Origin: Octopus bimaculoides
Lineage: Eukaryota
NCBI RefSeq assembly: GCF_001194135.2
Contig: NC_068992.1
Coordinates: 29,021,728-29,069,048, forward strand
Direction: 5' to 3'
DNA length: 47,321 nucleotides
Shown here in pieces: positions 24,100-36,583 of this stretch. Position 1 is the stretch's first letter, and each line of letters begins with the position of its first letter. The translations under genes and the position numbers were made by a program. The notes beneath the pieces were generated by a model that was given only the letters and a program-made list of their open reading frames with translations, was not told the DNA's origin and ran no database searches.

Positions 24100-26420
24100 T
24101 TAAATCACTTACCCATGTGGGTCACAGCGTGATTTGAATTCAGAACACATTCATTTTGTAGAGTATCTGGAACGTAAACAATATCACAACCGTGATGCAA
24201 AGTGAGCAAGTGAGCTACGGAATGCAAACGTTTGTCCCCAAACCTATATCAACAAAGAACCTTTCCTGACTGTTGTTGCAAAACTAATGAAAAGAGGGTC
24301 ACCCGAAAGATATTTGATAGTCGGTTATTGATACAAAAAGTTTATGTTCTACATGGTGACCCCCGAAAGAATACTCAACGCTGAGCCCGACGCACCAGTG
24401 TGGCTGACAGTGGTACCTATCGCATTAATCCCTAAGAACATATTCAAAATCTACAGACCCATAGCATGTCTGAATATCATGTATAATTTGTGCACAGGTT
24501 ACTTAAATGTTTTCCTTCAGGACCACCGTGAAACATATAATGTGGTGTCTGACGATCAGACAGTAGGAAATAATGATGTCATGATGTCTGGGTATGTGGC
24601 GAACAACTCTTCATCAACAAAGCTGTTCTCAAGGAAGCGAAACAGTATCACTTAAACCTGTTAGCAGTATGACCAGACTATAAGAAGGTGTTTCACTCTG
24701 TTGCTTACTTATGGATATTGGAATCAATTCGCCTTGTGAATACTATTAAAAGTCTGACAGCAATATGGTCCACAGAACTATTAATAAGAACAGAAATTAG
24801 TGTGTCAACAGGAATATTACAGATGTCAGCTAATCTAATGATTCCCATAGTTGTGGTGAACCTCTTGTGAGCCCTGTTAAAGAAATGTAATGGCTACAGA
24901 GGCTGCTGAGGATAGAAGAATTAAATTCACTTACGCATTTTTGTTGACGACCTCAAGTGCCATCTAGGACACTAAGGGAAGACAATTAGAGCTGGTTGTA
25001 ACATGCTCATGGGATATAGGAATGGAGTTAGTAAAACAAAGTACGATTGTCAGCCAGGCAGAAAATATGAACACCTTTAGCTTGACTATTTGCCCTACCT
25101 CCAGTGACGAATGCTACGGGTGTCACGGAACTGACAAGAATATCGCATATATTGTCGATTTAAGCAAAGCTAGAGTGACAAAAATACATTTCAGCAGATT
25201 ACGGAAGGTATGGAAATCAAAGCTATCCACACCCAATAAGATCATATCCCACAATGCTTTCGTTGTGCCTGTGCTAGTGTTAACATTTGGCTTACTGTAC
25301 TTTGCAAACGAAGAAATTTGGAGCCAAAGCATCAAAACAAGTGAAGTATTAACAATCACTGGTGACTTTTTCATCAACAGCGATATCAACAAGATCTATG
25401 TGAAACGGAAGAATGAATGTAGAGGCATAAGAAATGTCCAGACAGTCTTAAAGTGCCGTAAGGTGTCACTCAGAAAACACTTGTCGAACAGCAAAGAGAA
25501 AAAATAAGTATATAGGATGTACACGCGAAAACGAACATTATGAGAGTAAGCAAAAAACTCTTGAGTAGGTATTTTAAGTGTACAGATGTTCCATGAGAGG
25601 CTAAGGTCGCTGCATGGGCCTACACAAACAGAGACTTAGAGGAGAAATACTCATAATACCAGCAGAAAGTAATGCTTGGATACATATCCAGTAAGCTTAT
25701 AATACCAGCAGCAGTTACAAAAGTAATAGTAGTCTCTCCTGGAGTTGAGGTAAGTACATAATTTATCATCTATACAGGAACAGAAGACTGCTACTAAATA
25801 CTTGATAAACAAAGAAGCGAGCGAGAGAGAGAGAGGCATCTAAACCGCCAAGCAGTGTTAGAAAAAACGGATTATGAAAAAACTAGTGTGGAAAATATCA
25901 CATCAGAAATTGCTCAAAAATTTCTGTAAGCTATTACCTCATCTTGAGACATAACATTATCGTAAAAACAGTTTACGATGCTATGCAAAAGAAGGAGTGT
26001 CCTGACGGTTATACCCAGAGCACACCAGAACTGGAATGCATTCACACCTATAAAAGCACAGATCATTGGTGAAACATTCCAATAAGAACAGTAAGTCGGT
26101 GTAAGTACAATACGGCTAGACATTATACTATGGGACTAAAAACAAAGACATTACTGTAGTAGAGATTAGCTGCCCAGCTGACGTAAATGTTACACAAAAC
26201 ATGTAGAAAGAGAGAACATTTATAAAGAAATAATAAGAAACTTGCAGCTCTTATACTCAGACTACAAGTCCTTATTTGTATGCATTATTATAGGACCACA
26301 TATATATAAAAACCTTGCAAGACTGGGTTTCTCCAGAAAAGAACAAACCAAACTAAACTGTATTCTCTAAATACAACCAATCCGTGGTACAGTTAAAACA
26401 TGGAAAGAGATCCTTCACGC
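24100..26420 (+). mobile_element. R4/Dong-like LINE relic (RT to endonuclease)
   Basis: IYRPIACLNIMYNL; KLSTPNKIISHNAFVVPVL...NSDINKIYVKRKNECRG; EISCPADVNV; similar to 35250-36300. Confidence 0.85.
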
Positions 26421-27477
26421 AAGTTTTCCATGCTAAACACATGAAAAATATTTAAATTGCTCCAGGGACTAACATGCTACAATGTCAAACTTTGGGCCTC
26501 CTACTCAAGGTTAACTGACACATTGCTTGGAATACAAAGTCGTCACATCTGTGTCATTCATTTACATTTACAAACAATGCAGGCTGCATTAAAAGGGGTA
26601 AAAAGCGCTAGATTTCCTTCACGTTTATCCTAATGTATCTTCATGAAGCAGAACTATAATTAAAGACATACCCCTCTGTAGTGTAGAGAGCAAAACGAAT
26701 CAGTAATCTCGACTTGCTTCTCATATAATATAATTGAACATTTCGAACTATAGTATCCAATTTATTTCTCATTTCATTTAAAATGGTTGGGTACTTTTAC
26801 CCGTTATTTCTAGTAGGCTTGACAACCACATAACTCTTCCTCACTGGTTGCGCATAAATGTATATTTGAGTGCGTAATATGATAGAATTAAAGCAAAAAT
26901 TCAATTATGCTGAGCATGACCCATAAAATAATTAACAGGAAGTTGCTAAAAGCAAATTTGATGATTAAATATGCATTTCAATGACTTAGCTGGTAATTAA
27001 AATGAATTTACTTCAACGGTAATTCAAAATAATTTGCAGACCTTATCTGCAAAGAACGCCTATCAAAACTAAGATTACTGAAGGGAGAGGATGACATTTA
27101 TACCTCTTCCAACAGTTAATGATATATGGGGAAAAAACAATTAATGAAATCCAGTTTTCGAAAATTGCAGTAAACATTGCTTTTCAGTTCAAGTACAACA
27201 ATGGAGCATCTGCATGATCACTCGACCTATTATTGATTGATTGNNNNNNNNNNNNNNNNNNNNNNNNNNNNNNNNNNNNNNNNNNNNNNNNNNNNNNNNN
27301 NNNNNNNNNNNNNNNNNNNNNNNNNNNNNNNNNNNNNNNNNNNNNNNNNNNNNNNNNNNNNNNNNNNNNNNNNNNNNNNNNNNNNNNNNNNNNNNNNNNN
27401 NNNNNNNNNNNNNNNNNNNNNNNNNNTATATATATATATATATATACATATATACATACACATATATATGCATATAT

Positions 27478-27528
<51 letters not shown>

Positions 27529-27892
27529 CATGTGTGTGTATGTATAAATGTGTATGAATGTATGTATATCATCAGCGGCGTTTGACATTTTCGAGCAAAA
27601 CGTCTCCTTCCAGTTCCTTATAATTCTAAGTACTATTATAATGTTGTGCTTTTCGTAAATTAGATAGTTAGTGGCTCCAATTTAATAATTGAGAAACCAC
27701 GGTTCAAATTCTGACTATACCCATATAGGTGTATGTACATGCATGCAAATATATATGTTGACTGTATGCGTGATTGTCATTTCCGTGTAGGCCTCTTCAA
27801 CCACAATAGACGCTATACCACCATCAGCAGCTGACACTATTTATTCGGGAGCAGATCCATGATGGCTTCTCGAGATCACTGGGTGTCTACTA

Positions 27893-27981
<89 letters not shown>

Positions 27982-27984
<3 letters not shown>

Positions 27985-28485
27985 TAATTTAGAGACGAAC
28001 CACCACTCTACAACTCAGTCAATGAAGACCCTATCTAAAACCATGCTGTGAGACATAAACTATATAAATACTAATCTAAGATTTTAATCTAAAATGTTAA
28101 TAATTTTAATAATATATAATATATCATACAAAGAAACATTCATCAGAAAAATATTAATCTAAAATTAAATAAAGTATAAATTGGACAGTAAAAATTAATA
28201 CAATAATATAATATATAAAAATTATAAAAGTATAGAAGTCAGTATTTGTACATAGACTACCCACGTTTCATGGCTGAATTAGGACTATATAAAATCATAA
28301 GAAAATTCTATCCAAGTTCATTAGAATGTAAAAATGATTTTACTCCCAAAATCAGTCACTCTTCTGGTCAAATTTTAGATTAAAATCTTAGATTAGTATT
28401 TTTATGGTATATGTCCCACAGCATGGTTTTGAACAGGTTGTTCATTGACTGAGTTGTAGAGAGGTGGTTCGTCTCTAAATTAGTT
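27982..28485. mobile_element. Inverted-repeat (MITE/foldback) element in (TA)n with about 114-bp TIRs
   Basis: 27982-28095 is the reverse complement of 28372-28485 (AACTAATTTAGAGACGAACCACC.../...GGTGGTTCGTCTCTAAATTAGTT). Confidence 0.85.
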
Positions 28486-28601
28486 ATATACATATATATT
28501 ATATAATATACGCAGTATTAGACGCGTTTTGGCCTTGTCACTACACAGTAATTTCCCTTTGTTTTTAACGGTCATTTTTCACAGGAATTTTCAATTGGCC
28601 G

Positions 28602-28662
28602 GATAACTGAAGAGATGTTGGCGTGGGCTCCCACCCTGGCATCCGAAACTCGGAGTTTTATC
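28602..28662 (+). ncRNA. Type I hammerhead ribozyme motif
   Basis: Stem I GATAA/TTATC; core CTGAAGA...GAAA; long stem II GATGTTGG/CTGGCATC plus GTGG/CCAC; stem III ACTC-G-GAGT; GUU site. Confidence 0.7.
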
Positions 28663-28694
28663 ATGGCTACTGAATAAGTGTCACATATGTTTAC

Positions 28695-28734
<40 letters not shown>

Positions 28735-29068
28735 GCACACATATATATATGTAGTATGAGAGGTTTAGTTCGCTGTTGATCTAAGCCAGTAGGTACGCTG
28801 CGTAAGTGCTATAATTGATCATTTGTTAGGTTCCAAGTTCACAGCTGAGGCTGGAGTTAGGGATCCATAGTAGGCTTCCGAGTCAGCGGGTATATATTAA
28901 AGAAAATGTAAAGGAAAACCAAGGCAGGACGAGCATCTCAGGTAATTTAGAATATTTAATTAGAGTAAAGGTGAATAAATAAAAGGAAGAAGTAGAAGTA
29001 AGTAATGTGTTACAGCTGTATATTTTGCGAGCTGGAGCGAATTCCAGCTATCTCTAGCGGACGAGTGT

Positions 29069-29115
29069 TCACCACTGAGGATGGGCACAAAAACTGAAAC
29101 CGTACGGTCTGGTGA
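29069..29115 (+). ncRNA. Type I hammerhead ribozyme motif
   Basis: Stem I TCACCA/TGGTGA; CTGAGGA...GAAA; palindromic ACCGTACGGT stem III; GUC site; stem II weak. Confidence 0.7.
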
Positions 29116-29339
29116 TCCCGTTATCTGCTAGAAGATGATAGAGGTTCTCTCCTCTACTTGCAATCGGGTGCAGATTCCATCGATAACCAGTTGAAGGAGA
29201 TAAATGCTTTCAACTCGTACAAGCGACAGCTATTACAAGCGACGGCTATTGATTTGGTTACTAAAGAGCCCTCTAACCGCTGCTATCAAGTAACATATTA
29301 GTATATCTATTCAGTAATACCAATACTACAAAAAAGACT

Positions 29340-31000
29340 GTTTAAAACTTTTATAAAACACATTATTTGAAGGATATGACGGAGTGTATACAATTATGTC
29401 CACTAACATAACTATTTAAGTAACAAATACTGTTATTTATTAAAATCTAATTAGTAATATAATAACTGCTTGTTATTATATTTCGAGGATAACGATGAAT
29501 CATTGATTACATATATAAATTTTAAGAAGACCGGTAATGTTGTCCACAAGACATTAAACAAATAACTGTGTGACATTAAAAATTCTGATCGATTATTCTA
29601 AGAAAAAAATCACATATATTTTTGGCAGTCATACTAGAGACATATTGCAAATTCTACCATCAGCACTCGTAGAAAAGTAGAATGGAAACACATTTAAATC
29701 AAATAGTGTAGACGGAACGGAACAGCGAGCCATATTTCATTTTAAAGGCCATAAAGCAGACTTCGAGCAATAACCATATATTCGCTTAATTAATCTAACA
29801 AAACAGAAATTGACTGAAATAGTAAAAAAAATATTAGAATATCTCGACATATTAAACAAGCACAAATTTAAACAATTTGGAACTACACCAACACAGTAAT
29901 AGAAAAGTTAAATGTATTAATAGAAAGGAACCACGCAGGTTTCTTCAATTCGACATGTAAAAGTACTATTCATGTATCAATAAATCTTTATTTGAGAATT
30001 GTAAAAAATAAAATATGAAATAAAAATATTACCAGTATGAAAAAAGAAAAATCGAAATATTGATGTTTTCTCGACATATGAATTTTATAGTGCAACATCG
30101 TAATAAGGATAAAAATATCGTTAGCAATCCTATTTGATGTCAGCATCGCATCCCATGATACAATTGATATTCGTGATTTGTTGGCTCAACGTGACTGCCA
30201 AATGCTAATAGAGTTATTTCATCTGATAAAAAGAGGTTTTTAAGGAGATGATGGACTTTAACTTCGCAACAATATCTACGCACAAAATATGAACAGCATC
30301 TGTATTTTTACTTTAAGTATTATGAATTTAACATATCAATCAAACACATTATGCAGTAGCAAATATCTTTGACGTTGCTCGAATTTGAACAATACATAAA
30401 ACAATTAACTATACAAGCAAATTTTTTAATCGCTATAAAATTATCATAAATAATATAAATATAATCAATAAGGGTACGTAAATTTCTATCATTGAAGAAA
30501 TATTTAATGAAGCTCTGTCCAAACGCTTCCAACGAAAATATAAAATATATGAAAGAAAATACAAGTAACTATAACGATAGCATTAGAAAACGAAACACTA
30601 CTTGGTACAATCCCACCTACTACAATACTGTTAAAATACATACAGCAAATATCTTTTTATAATTATTAAGCAATTTCCTAAATACTCAGGTGTTATTTAA
30701 AAAAAAATAAATGCTCTATCAGCCTCACATATCAGTTTCGAAACTTTGCTACAGTATTTGCTTTATCAACAACATTTGAATTCAACAACATACCACACCA
30801 TATACACAACGTTAATTGAAAATGTAGGAATACTAAAATATGCTCAACCAAGTCTAAATGTATGGAAAATGCTACGCACAATGAAATCGTGTAATAGAGA
30901 AACATTTATATAAGACAAACAATAGAACTATTCAAAATAGACTAAAATTAATATGCAATAACATTTTGTAACATTAATGTCATAAATATAGCCCCATATA
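29340..31000 (+). mobile_element. Penelope-like retroelement relic (same type as 440-1790)
   Basis: LKGHKADFEQ*PYIRLINLTK (HK.DF...RLINP motif), RRFLQFDM*KYYSCI, GDDGL, ENATHNEIV. Confidence 0.7.
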
Positions 31001-31194
31001 TATATATGCGCGCGCGTGTGTGTGTGTCTGTGTGTAGGGAAACTAAGATAATATGACATAAAATGGGATGGAATAGTAAACTAGAGAGAACACATTAAAG
31101 TGCTAAAAACCAATAATTTACCCTGATAAAAACAACACTTCAGAGAATATCCTCATCTTCCTTGAATTTTAACTTTCGACTTACCGACTTATGC

Positions 31195-31513
31195 TATACG
31201 TTCATACATACATACATGCATGCATACATACATGCATACATACATACATACATACATACATACATACATACATGCATGTATAGATGCATACTTTGGACAG
31301 GTACATATAAGCGTGTATATTCATGAACATATACACATATATGATATGTTTGTATATGCTTGTTTCTTAGTATATACTTACATACATACATATATGTTTG
31401 TATATATATATGTGGGTGTGTGTGTATGTATATACATATATCAAGATATGTAGAGTTATTTAACTTCAACAGGAAGTTACTTAATTACCTGATTTCCTAT
31501 TTCGTTTTATGTA

Positions 31514-31545
<32 letters not shown>

Positions 31546-31604
31546 AGTACGTATATATATTTATCTGTGTATATCTATCTCTCTCTCTATATACTATATA
31601 TACC

Positions 31605-31643
<39 letters not shown>

Positions 31644-31720
31644 GCATTTATATAATTGTTTGTGTGTATATATTTATGAGTATGTGTCTGTATATGCATT
31701 TATAGTCACACACACACAAG

Positions 31721-31761
<41 letters not shown>

Positions 31762-31985
31762 ACATAGATGCATACATATACACAAGCGGAAACAGGAAAT
31801 TAAGTAATTAAGTGATATCCTGTTGAAGTTATCAGTTTCAAAAATATTTAGAATATACCTAAATACCTATATATGTATATATGGAAATACAAATGAAAAG
31901 ATATAGAAATATATTTCAAATCATTGTACGTTTGAAAGAGACGTGTGTATGTGTCTGTTTTGCGTGTGTGTCTGTATGTATATAT

Positions 31986-32044
<59 letters not shown>

Positions 32045-32175
32045 TACATACATACATATATATTTATGTATATATGTATATGCATACACACACACATATA
32101 TATATATATACATATATATTTATGTATATGTACGTATATAAATGTACACATACATATACACATATGTTTATGCAT
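31195..32175. repeat. Compound (TACA)n/(CA)n/(TA)n low-complexity tract
   Basis: Direct reading; source of many spurious ORFs. Confidence 0.85.
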
Positions 32176-33140
32176 TGTTTATGTGAAATTTCCACTCAAC
32201 TCAAACATGAAAAATATATTTGGCTCTACAAATATCACAGCTTTCCATCATCTGTGAATATTTTAGCTTTCTATAACTTTTATTTGTTAAGAACACTAAA
32301 TATTACACACCGTTAAACACACACATACACCTGCATACACATACACCTGCACGCACATACACATACACACATGTCTATTCCAAACATACAATGATTTGAT
32401 ATATATTTCTATATATTTTAATATTGAATATGTTGTATAAGAATTTTGATCTGAAATCGTGCGTCGAAACCAGTTTTCGTTTCACCTAGTTCCAAAGTAC
32501 ACCATATCTTTTTTTTTTTAATACGCCTATAAAGGGATTTTATCCGGACGAAAATCATAGCTTGTGGCGTTTCAATTTTATTATTGATAGAGTTTCTACA
32601 ACAGAGATGCTTCTGTTGAATAATTCAAATTTATTTTGCTTATGCGTCTCCTTTGCTTAATACTGTAGTTTATACACTGTATATACTTCAGAGTAGCAGA
32701 TTCGATTTCGCTACTGAAATGAAACGAATACGTGATATTGATAAGCCACAAAGTACGGCGAAGTACGTAGCTGTTGATTTTGAAGTCGCTTCTGGGGCGA
32801 TTTTATACCCTGAAGTACATATATTTTAAGACCTCAATACGTATATACATGAATTTTTCCCGGGTGAAAATTGCAGATTTTGGCGTTTCAGCATAGAAAA
32901 CATGCTTTAAAGTATTATATTAATAGCGTTTTTACTATAGAGTTGTTTCTACTGCATAATTCAGCTTATTTTTATGTTTCGGGAGTGTCATACTAATATA
33001 GTCTATAAACACATTTAGCAGTTACTTTTCGTCTAAGTTTCTATTTGTTCAACAAAGTTATTCCTCTACATCTATCCCCGCAAACATAAGAACAGACCTC
33101 TGAATGTGTCTGCCTGTGTGTGTACGCGCACGTGTGTGTG

Positions 33141-33173
<33 letters not shown>

Positions 33174-33289
33174 ACGCGTGCATGTGTGTGTGTGTGCGTG
33201 TGTGTGAGTGTGTGTGTGTATGTGCATGTGGTGGTTTTAGACTTACCTGTCAAGTACTGTTGCTGTAGTCTGTGATTAGTGAATCGTTG

Positions 33290-33900
33290 CTACATCACTC
33301 ATTCCTCAAATTATATTTGTGCAAGCTGCTCCTTGTATTTGTATACATTTTGCAATCCGTCTCACAGTTGGGTCTTTTGGGTACCTGGAAAGAATTTTTA
33401 CTTCAAATTTGTACCGAGCCATTGTATTTCTTTATGGCATGTCGATAGCGTAATGAAGTTTGCTTTTCTTTAATGTATTTTAGCATGTGTTATGCAATTC
33501 TTTCACGTAAACTGCCTTTTCTCCTATGTAAGTTATGGTGCATTCCCTCCATTACCTCATTATAAATGCAGTATGGTACATAACGTTTCTCACTTTATAG
33601 TTTAGATTTGAGCTGCTTGTGCACATCGGGCAGTTGCATTCGGTGCAAGGTGTTTGCTTAATGAGTCTAACTGACAGAGCATTGAATTTATGGAGCTGCT
33701 TGCTTTTTCTGCAATTGTTCATTTTCTAAATTTGTGAGCTAGTTCACCTCTGGGTATAACATTGACCATCACACCTTGGAATTTGTTTTTCATATGCTAG
33801 AACTTTCCTTCTCGCTTGGCAAAAACGACTTTTCTTACCTTTCCTTTCTAGTTTGGTCCAGAATTTGATCCACTATATGGGTCACTCTCGATTAGCATTA
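33290..33900 (-). mobile_element. Penelope-like GIY-YIG endonuclease fragment
   Basis: Minus strand PCTECNCPMC...RNVMY...CTITYIGE, then frameshifted GSLRERIA*H and FEVKIL. Confidence 0.55.
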
Positions 33901-34869
33901 TTGTTAATAATAGTTCTAAACTTTTTCTGAGTTACACACACACACGCACGCACACGCACACGTTCTCGCACCACGCACACACACATGTAACAAGTCAGGC
34001 GCAAGTCAGTCAGTGTTGTTGACTGTTTTGATTAAATTTACGGCTTTAATTAGGTCTGCTTAGAGTTTCCTCTCTTCGGTGTTTCCCATTGATAACGGGC
34101 GAAGAGCTGGAAACGCATCTTGCAGTCCGACGGATAGCAGCGCTGGACAGATATGATGCATTTGCACCTTTTACCACAAGGGAGAACTTTCCCTTCATGG
34201 TGCCTGCGGTGGGTGTGCCTTTGGAGGTTGAGATATGTCACAAGCATATTTTACTATATATANNNNNNNNNNNNNNNNNNNNNNNNNNNNNNNNNNNNNN
34301 NNNNNNNNNNNNNNNNNNNNNNNNNNNNNNNNNNNNNNNNNNNNNNNNNNNNNNNNNNNNNNNNNNNNNNNNNNNNNNNNNNNNNNNNNNNNNNNNNNNN
34401 NNNNNNNNNNNNNNNNNNNNNNNNNNNNNNNNNNNNNNNNNNNNNNNNNNNNNNNNNNNNNNNNNNNNNNNNNNNNNNNNNNNNNNNNNNNNNNNNNNNN
34501 NNNNNNNNNNNNNNNNNNNNNNNNNNNNNNNNNNNNNNNNNNNNNNNNNNNNNNNNNNNNNNNNNNNNNNNNNNNNNNNNNNNNNNNNNNNNNNNNNNNN
34601 NNNNNNNNNNNNNNNNNNNNNNNNNNNNNNNNNNNNNNNNNNNNNNNNNNNNNNNNNNNNNNNNNNNNNNNNNNNNNNNNNNNNNNNNNNNNNNNNNNNN
34701 NNNNNNNNNNNNNNNNNNNNNNNNNNNNNNNNNNNNNNNNNNNNNNNNNNNNNNNNNNNNNNNNNNNNNNNNNNNNNNNNNNNNNNNNNNNNNNNNNNNN
34801 NNNNNNNNNNNNNNNNNNNNNNNNNNNNNNNNNNNNNNNNNNNNNNNNNNNNNNNNNNNNNNNNNNNNN

Positions 34870-34903
<34 letters not shown>

Positions 34904-34905
34904 TT

Positions 34906-35075
34906 TAGGCACAAGCGTGGTTCTATGTAAGGTCTTTGCTTCCTATCCACAAAGTTCCGTGTTCATTCCCATTACGTAGCACCGTAAGTGGGTGTCTTCT
35001 ATTATAGGTCCGGATCGACCAAAACCTGGTGAGTGAATGGACTTGCTAAACGGAATCTGAAAGAGTCCCGTCGTA
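34906..35075 (+). mobile_element. Head of the 16925-17346 SINE family
   Basis: TAGGCACAAGCGTGG...GTGTCTTCTATTATAG...CTGAAAGAGTCCCGTCGTA. Confidence 0.7.
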
Positions 35076-35249
35076 AGTACATACATACATACATACATAC
35101 ATACATAGTATATACATACATACATACATGTATACATACATACATACATACATACATACATACATACATGTATACATACATACATACATACATACATACA
35201 TAGGGGTCGACGAAAATATATCTTACAATGGCACCTGTAACATAACACG

Positions 35250-36538
35250 TATCACTAAAGAATATTACAGCCGAATAAAGTAAAATTGGACCTCAGAGCT
35301 CTGCGTTCAATAAAGCAGTGACCCAAAATGTGTTTGCAGTGCCAGTAATCATACCAACGTTTGGGCTGCTTGATTGGACGCTTGATGAGATCCGAGCCAT
35401 TGATGTGAAAACCCGAAGAAAACTAACAAGGACACATAATTTCCACATAAACAGTGACGTAGACCGCCTCTACCTAAAACGATCACAACGCGGCATCGAT
35501 CGAAAATTCCTTCGAATGTCACATCATATCCCTTCGGCAACATCTTTTAACCACAAAGTGTCGAAGTTTGCATACATGAGACTGATAACATGAGATTTGA
35601 CCAAGTTTGCATACATGAGACTGATAACATGCACGACTCTACCGCAACGTATCATCAGATGAAAGGATGAACCTATATGAGCAGAAGACTATGCATAGAT
35701 ATGTTAGTAGAAAGCTTTGTGATAATATTAAAATCGATCATCAAAGCAGTTTATCCACATCATAAGCAGTTGTCCGAAAATGTCATCACGGTATAATCTC
35801 CCGATGAGACATGACGTTGTAGCTAGGACACTATAATGAAATCTGTCAGAAGAATAATCCAGAGGACAAAGAAATAAAAACATGGTAGAAGCCATAGCTA
35901 CTCATAATAAAAAAGAATACTAGTGGAATATATCAGTGAAGACCTCAATAAAATCTAAGCCCAACAGCCCTGATATAATGATTTGAGATTGAGACGAGAA
36001 ACTGTGCACAGTTGTGTAAATTAACTGCCCAGCGGATGTTAATGTAAAGCTGAATATCAGTGAGAAAGAGAACACCTATGCTGAACTATTGAGAAATCTG
36101 CAGTTACTCTTTCTAGATTACAAGTCCAGGTTTATACCTGTAATTATTGGGACCCTGAGATATGTAACATCCTGACTAAATACCAATCTTGAGAAATTAG
36201 GCTTCTCAAACCAGGAAGGAGAAAGCTAATTCGAAGACGATAGATCCAATTCATCACTGGAACAGTACAAATCTGTAAAACTTTCCAGAAGGTTATCATT
36301 TAAATATTTATGAGCATGTCTAGGATATGTAACTATATGCATGAGAATACATACATAACACGTACAAATCTGCAAATACATACCTACACACACACATACA
36401 TACACACACACATACATACATACAAACAAACAAAATATCCTGTTGTTGATGTTGAAATTCCAATGAAGGAACCTTGGATCTAGGTTAGAAACCGGTTCTT
36501 TCTCTATTGGCAATAAATTTTGAAATAAACTGAATAAT

Positions 36539-36540
<2 letters not shown>
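35250..36540 (+). mobile_element. R4/Dong-like LINE 3' part with internal deletion and UTR
   Basis: NVFAVPVIIPTFGLLDWTLDEIRAIDVKTRRKLT..HNFHINSDVDRLYLKRSQRG; NSPDIM; NCPADVNVKLNISEKENTYAEL; ITGTVQICKTF. Confidence 0.9.
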
Positions 36541-36581
<41 letters not shown>

Positions 36582-36583
36582 CA

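Noticed and set aside
27180-27225. TTTTTCAG acceptor-like site followed by FKYNNGASA*
   Set aside because: No donor, no homology, and adjacent to a gap; an exon cannot be supported.
35564-35631. 29-bp direct repeat AAGTTTGCATACATGAGACTGATAACATG, two copies
   Set aside because: Only two units within a decayed LINE; a simple local duplication, not a CRISPR-like array.
36455-36500. CCAATGAAGG-AACCT/AGGTT-AGAAACCGGTT in a LINE 3' region, hammerhead-like
   Set aside because: The core CCAAUGA has two changes and no stem I can be formed.
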